Source: Clostridia bacterium
Lineage (GTDB): Bacteria > Bacillota > Clostridia > Oscillospirales > CAG-272
Direction of reading: 5' to 3'
DNA length: 55,775 bases
Assembly: GCA_017461055.1 (NCBI GenBank)
Contig: JAFTZI010000061.1
Span: 1 to 55,775, forward strand
Below, one piece after another: positions 54,628 to 55,775 of the stretch. Under the pieces are notes generated by a model. That model had not been told where the DNA came from. It was given only the letters and a program-made list of their open reading frames with translations, and searched no databases. The position numbers and the translations under genes were made by a program. Each line of letters starts with the position of its first letter. Positions within the stretch are counted from its first letter, which is position 1.

Positions 54628-55553
54628 ATAAATATCTCTTTGAGGGGGCTTTGATAGGAACAAGCGAAAACAGGGAATACGTATCCTCTCTTCGAGGCTT
54701 GGAAAAAGCAAGACAAGAGGGCAAAATCCTTGAGGGAGTGGTTAAAATGTGCGATAGCTCCACGCTTGAAATGCACATTGATTTGTGCGGAATTGATGGC
54801 GTAATTCCCAAGGAGGAAAGCGTATATGCTTTTCCGATTAAGGACATTGCCATAATAACAAGAGTTGGCAAGGCAGTAGCCTTTAAGGTTATGCAAATAG
54901 AGAAAAATGAAAAGGGAGAAACAAGAGCTATTTTGTCCCGTAAGGAAGCGCAAAGGGAATGTATGGAAAATTACTTAATGGACTTAATCCCGGGGGACAT
55001 AATTCCTGCAAAAATTACGCATTTTGAAAGCTTTGGCGCGTTTGTAGACGTTGGCTGCGGAATAGCCTCATTAATGTCAGTTGATTCCATATCGGTTTCA
55101 CGAATATCAAGCCCAAGAGACAGATTTTCCATACGTCAGGAAATAAAGGCGGTAGTAAAATCAATTGATTATGAAAGTCAAAGGCTGTATGTTTCCACAA
55201 AGGAGCTTTTCGGCACTTGGGAGGAAAACGCAAGCAGCTTTTCTGTTGGCCAAACCGTTTCAGGTGTTGTAAGAAGCATAGAAAGCTACGGTATATTTGT
55301 TGAGCTGACTCCGAATTTAGCAGGACTTGCAGAATTAAAGGAGGACGTTTCCGTAGGAGATGCCTGTGCTGTGTACATTAAAAGCATAATGCCGGAAAAA
55401 ATGAAAATCAAGCTTGTGATTATTGATACCTATGAAAACAAAAGAGAGGTGCAAGAGGACTCCGCATTCCTTAAGGACATAGAGGAAAAGCATATAGATT
55501 ATTGGAGGTATTCCCCTGACAATTGCGAAAAGCTGATAGAGTCCACCTTTTAA
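54618..55553 (+). CDS. S1 RNA-binding domain protein (three S1-like domains, RpsA paralog)
   Basis: FGAFVDVGCG, YGIFVELTPNLAGL; GGAGG RBS supports ATG 54618. Confidence 0.8.
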   Translation: MSINKYLFEGALIGTSENREYVSSLRGLEKARQEGKILEGVVKMCDSSTLEMHIDLCGIDGVIPKEESVYAFPIKDIAIITRVGKAVAFKVMQIEKNEKGETRAILSRKEAQRECMENYLMDLIPGDIIPAKITHFESFGAFVDVGCGIASLMSVDSISVSRISSPRDRFSIRQEIKAVVKSIDYESQRLYVSTKELFGTWEENASSFSVGQTVSGVVRSIESYGIFVELTPNLAGLAELKEDVSVGDACAVYIKSIMPEKMKIKLVIIDTYENKREVQEDSAFLKDIEEKHIDYWRYSPDNCEKLIESTF

Positions 55554-55644
55554 AATACAAGGCACAATAGCCAACGAGCCGTCGTTTTTAAGTGAAATTG
55601 TATAAATTATGCCTTCTCCCACTGGAGAAGGCAATTTGTTGTAT

Positions 55645-55775
55645 ACCGAAAACCACGCGATAGTCGCGTGAGTTCCAAAGAGGTTAACCGATGAGAAAAA
55701 ATCCTCCGATCGTGATATAATAGAAGCGACCTGCCAGTCAAATCTAAAACACAAACGGAGGATTTATCTATGAAA
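55645..55775 (+). mobile_element. Probable left end and tnpA leader of an IS200/IS605-family element (CDS starts at ATG 55770, truncated by the window)
   Basis: Subterminal hairpin CACGCGA-tag-TCGCGTG; anti-SD AAATCCTCCG (55699-55708) pairs perfectly with RBS CGGAGGATTT (55756-55765); TGaTATAAT; only two codons (MK) are visible. Confidence 0.45.

Overview
A low-GC Firmicutes chromosomal window, most consistent with a gut Clostridia/Oscillospirales organism (inferred from gene content, the ispH-rpsA fusion and sigmaA/sigmaK promoter motifs). It holds about 45 genes, mostly housekeeping: thiI, proBA, zapA, a U32 protein, maf, nth, rplJL, dnaD/dnaC-like, tsaD, rimI, topB, mnmA, nnr, an ABC-F, cmk, plsC, ispH-rpsA, a DinG helicase and asnS. 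Among them sit cytoplasmic carbohydrate enzymes (GH31, GH78, GH35, aldose epimerase, SGNH), an ArsR plus P1B-ATPase metal module, a solo Mrr nuclease, a CotH lipoprotein and an orphan radical SAM enzyme. Non-coding features are a probable 6S RNA, the L10 leader, an orphan promoter-to-terminator unit that looks like an sRNA, and a probable IS200/IS605 left end at the window edge. The most unusual sequence is in four intergenic mosaics (1-400, 12720-13515, 48060-48445, 51615-51965) built from several nested palindromic repeat families. These include two arrays of a constant linker alternating with variable, self-complementary hairpins (GTGAAAT and GTATATCATC linkers). Two back-to-back unusual fusions (GNAT-GH31 and TauE-phytol/dolichol-kinase-like) and an unannotated 35-aa Cys-rich peptide behind a sigmaK-type promoter also merit follow-up. 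No CRISPR-Cas, tRNA or rRNA was seen.
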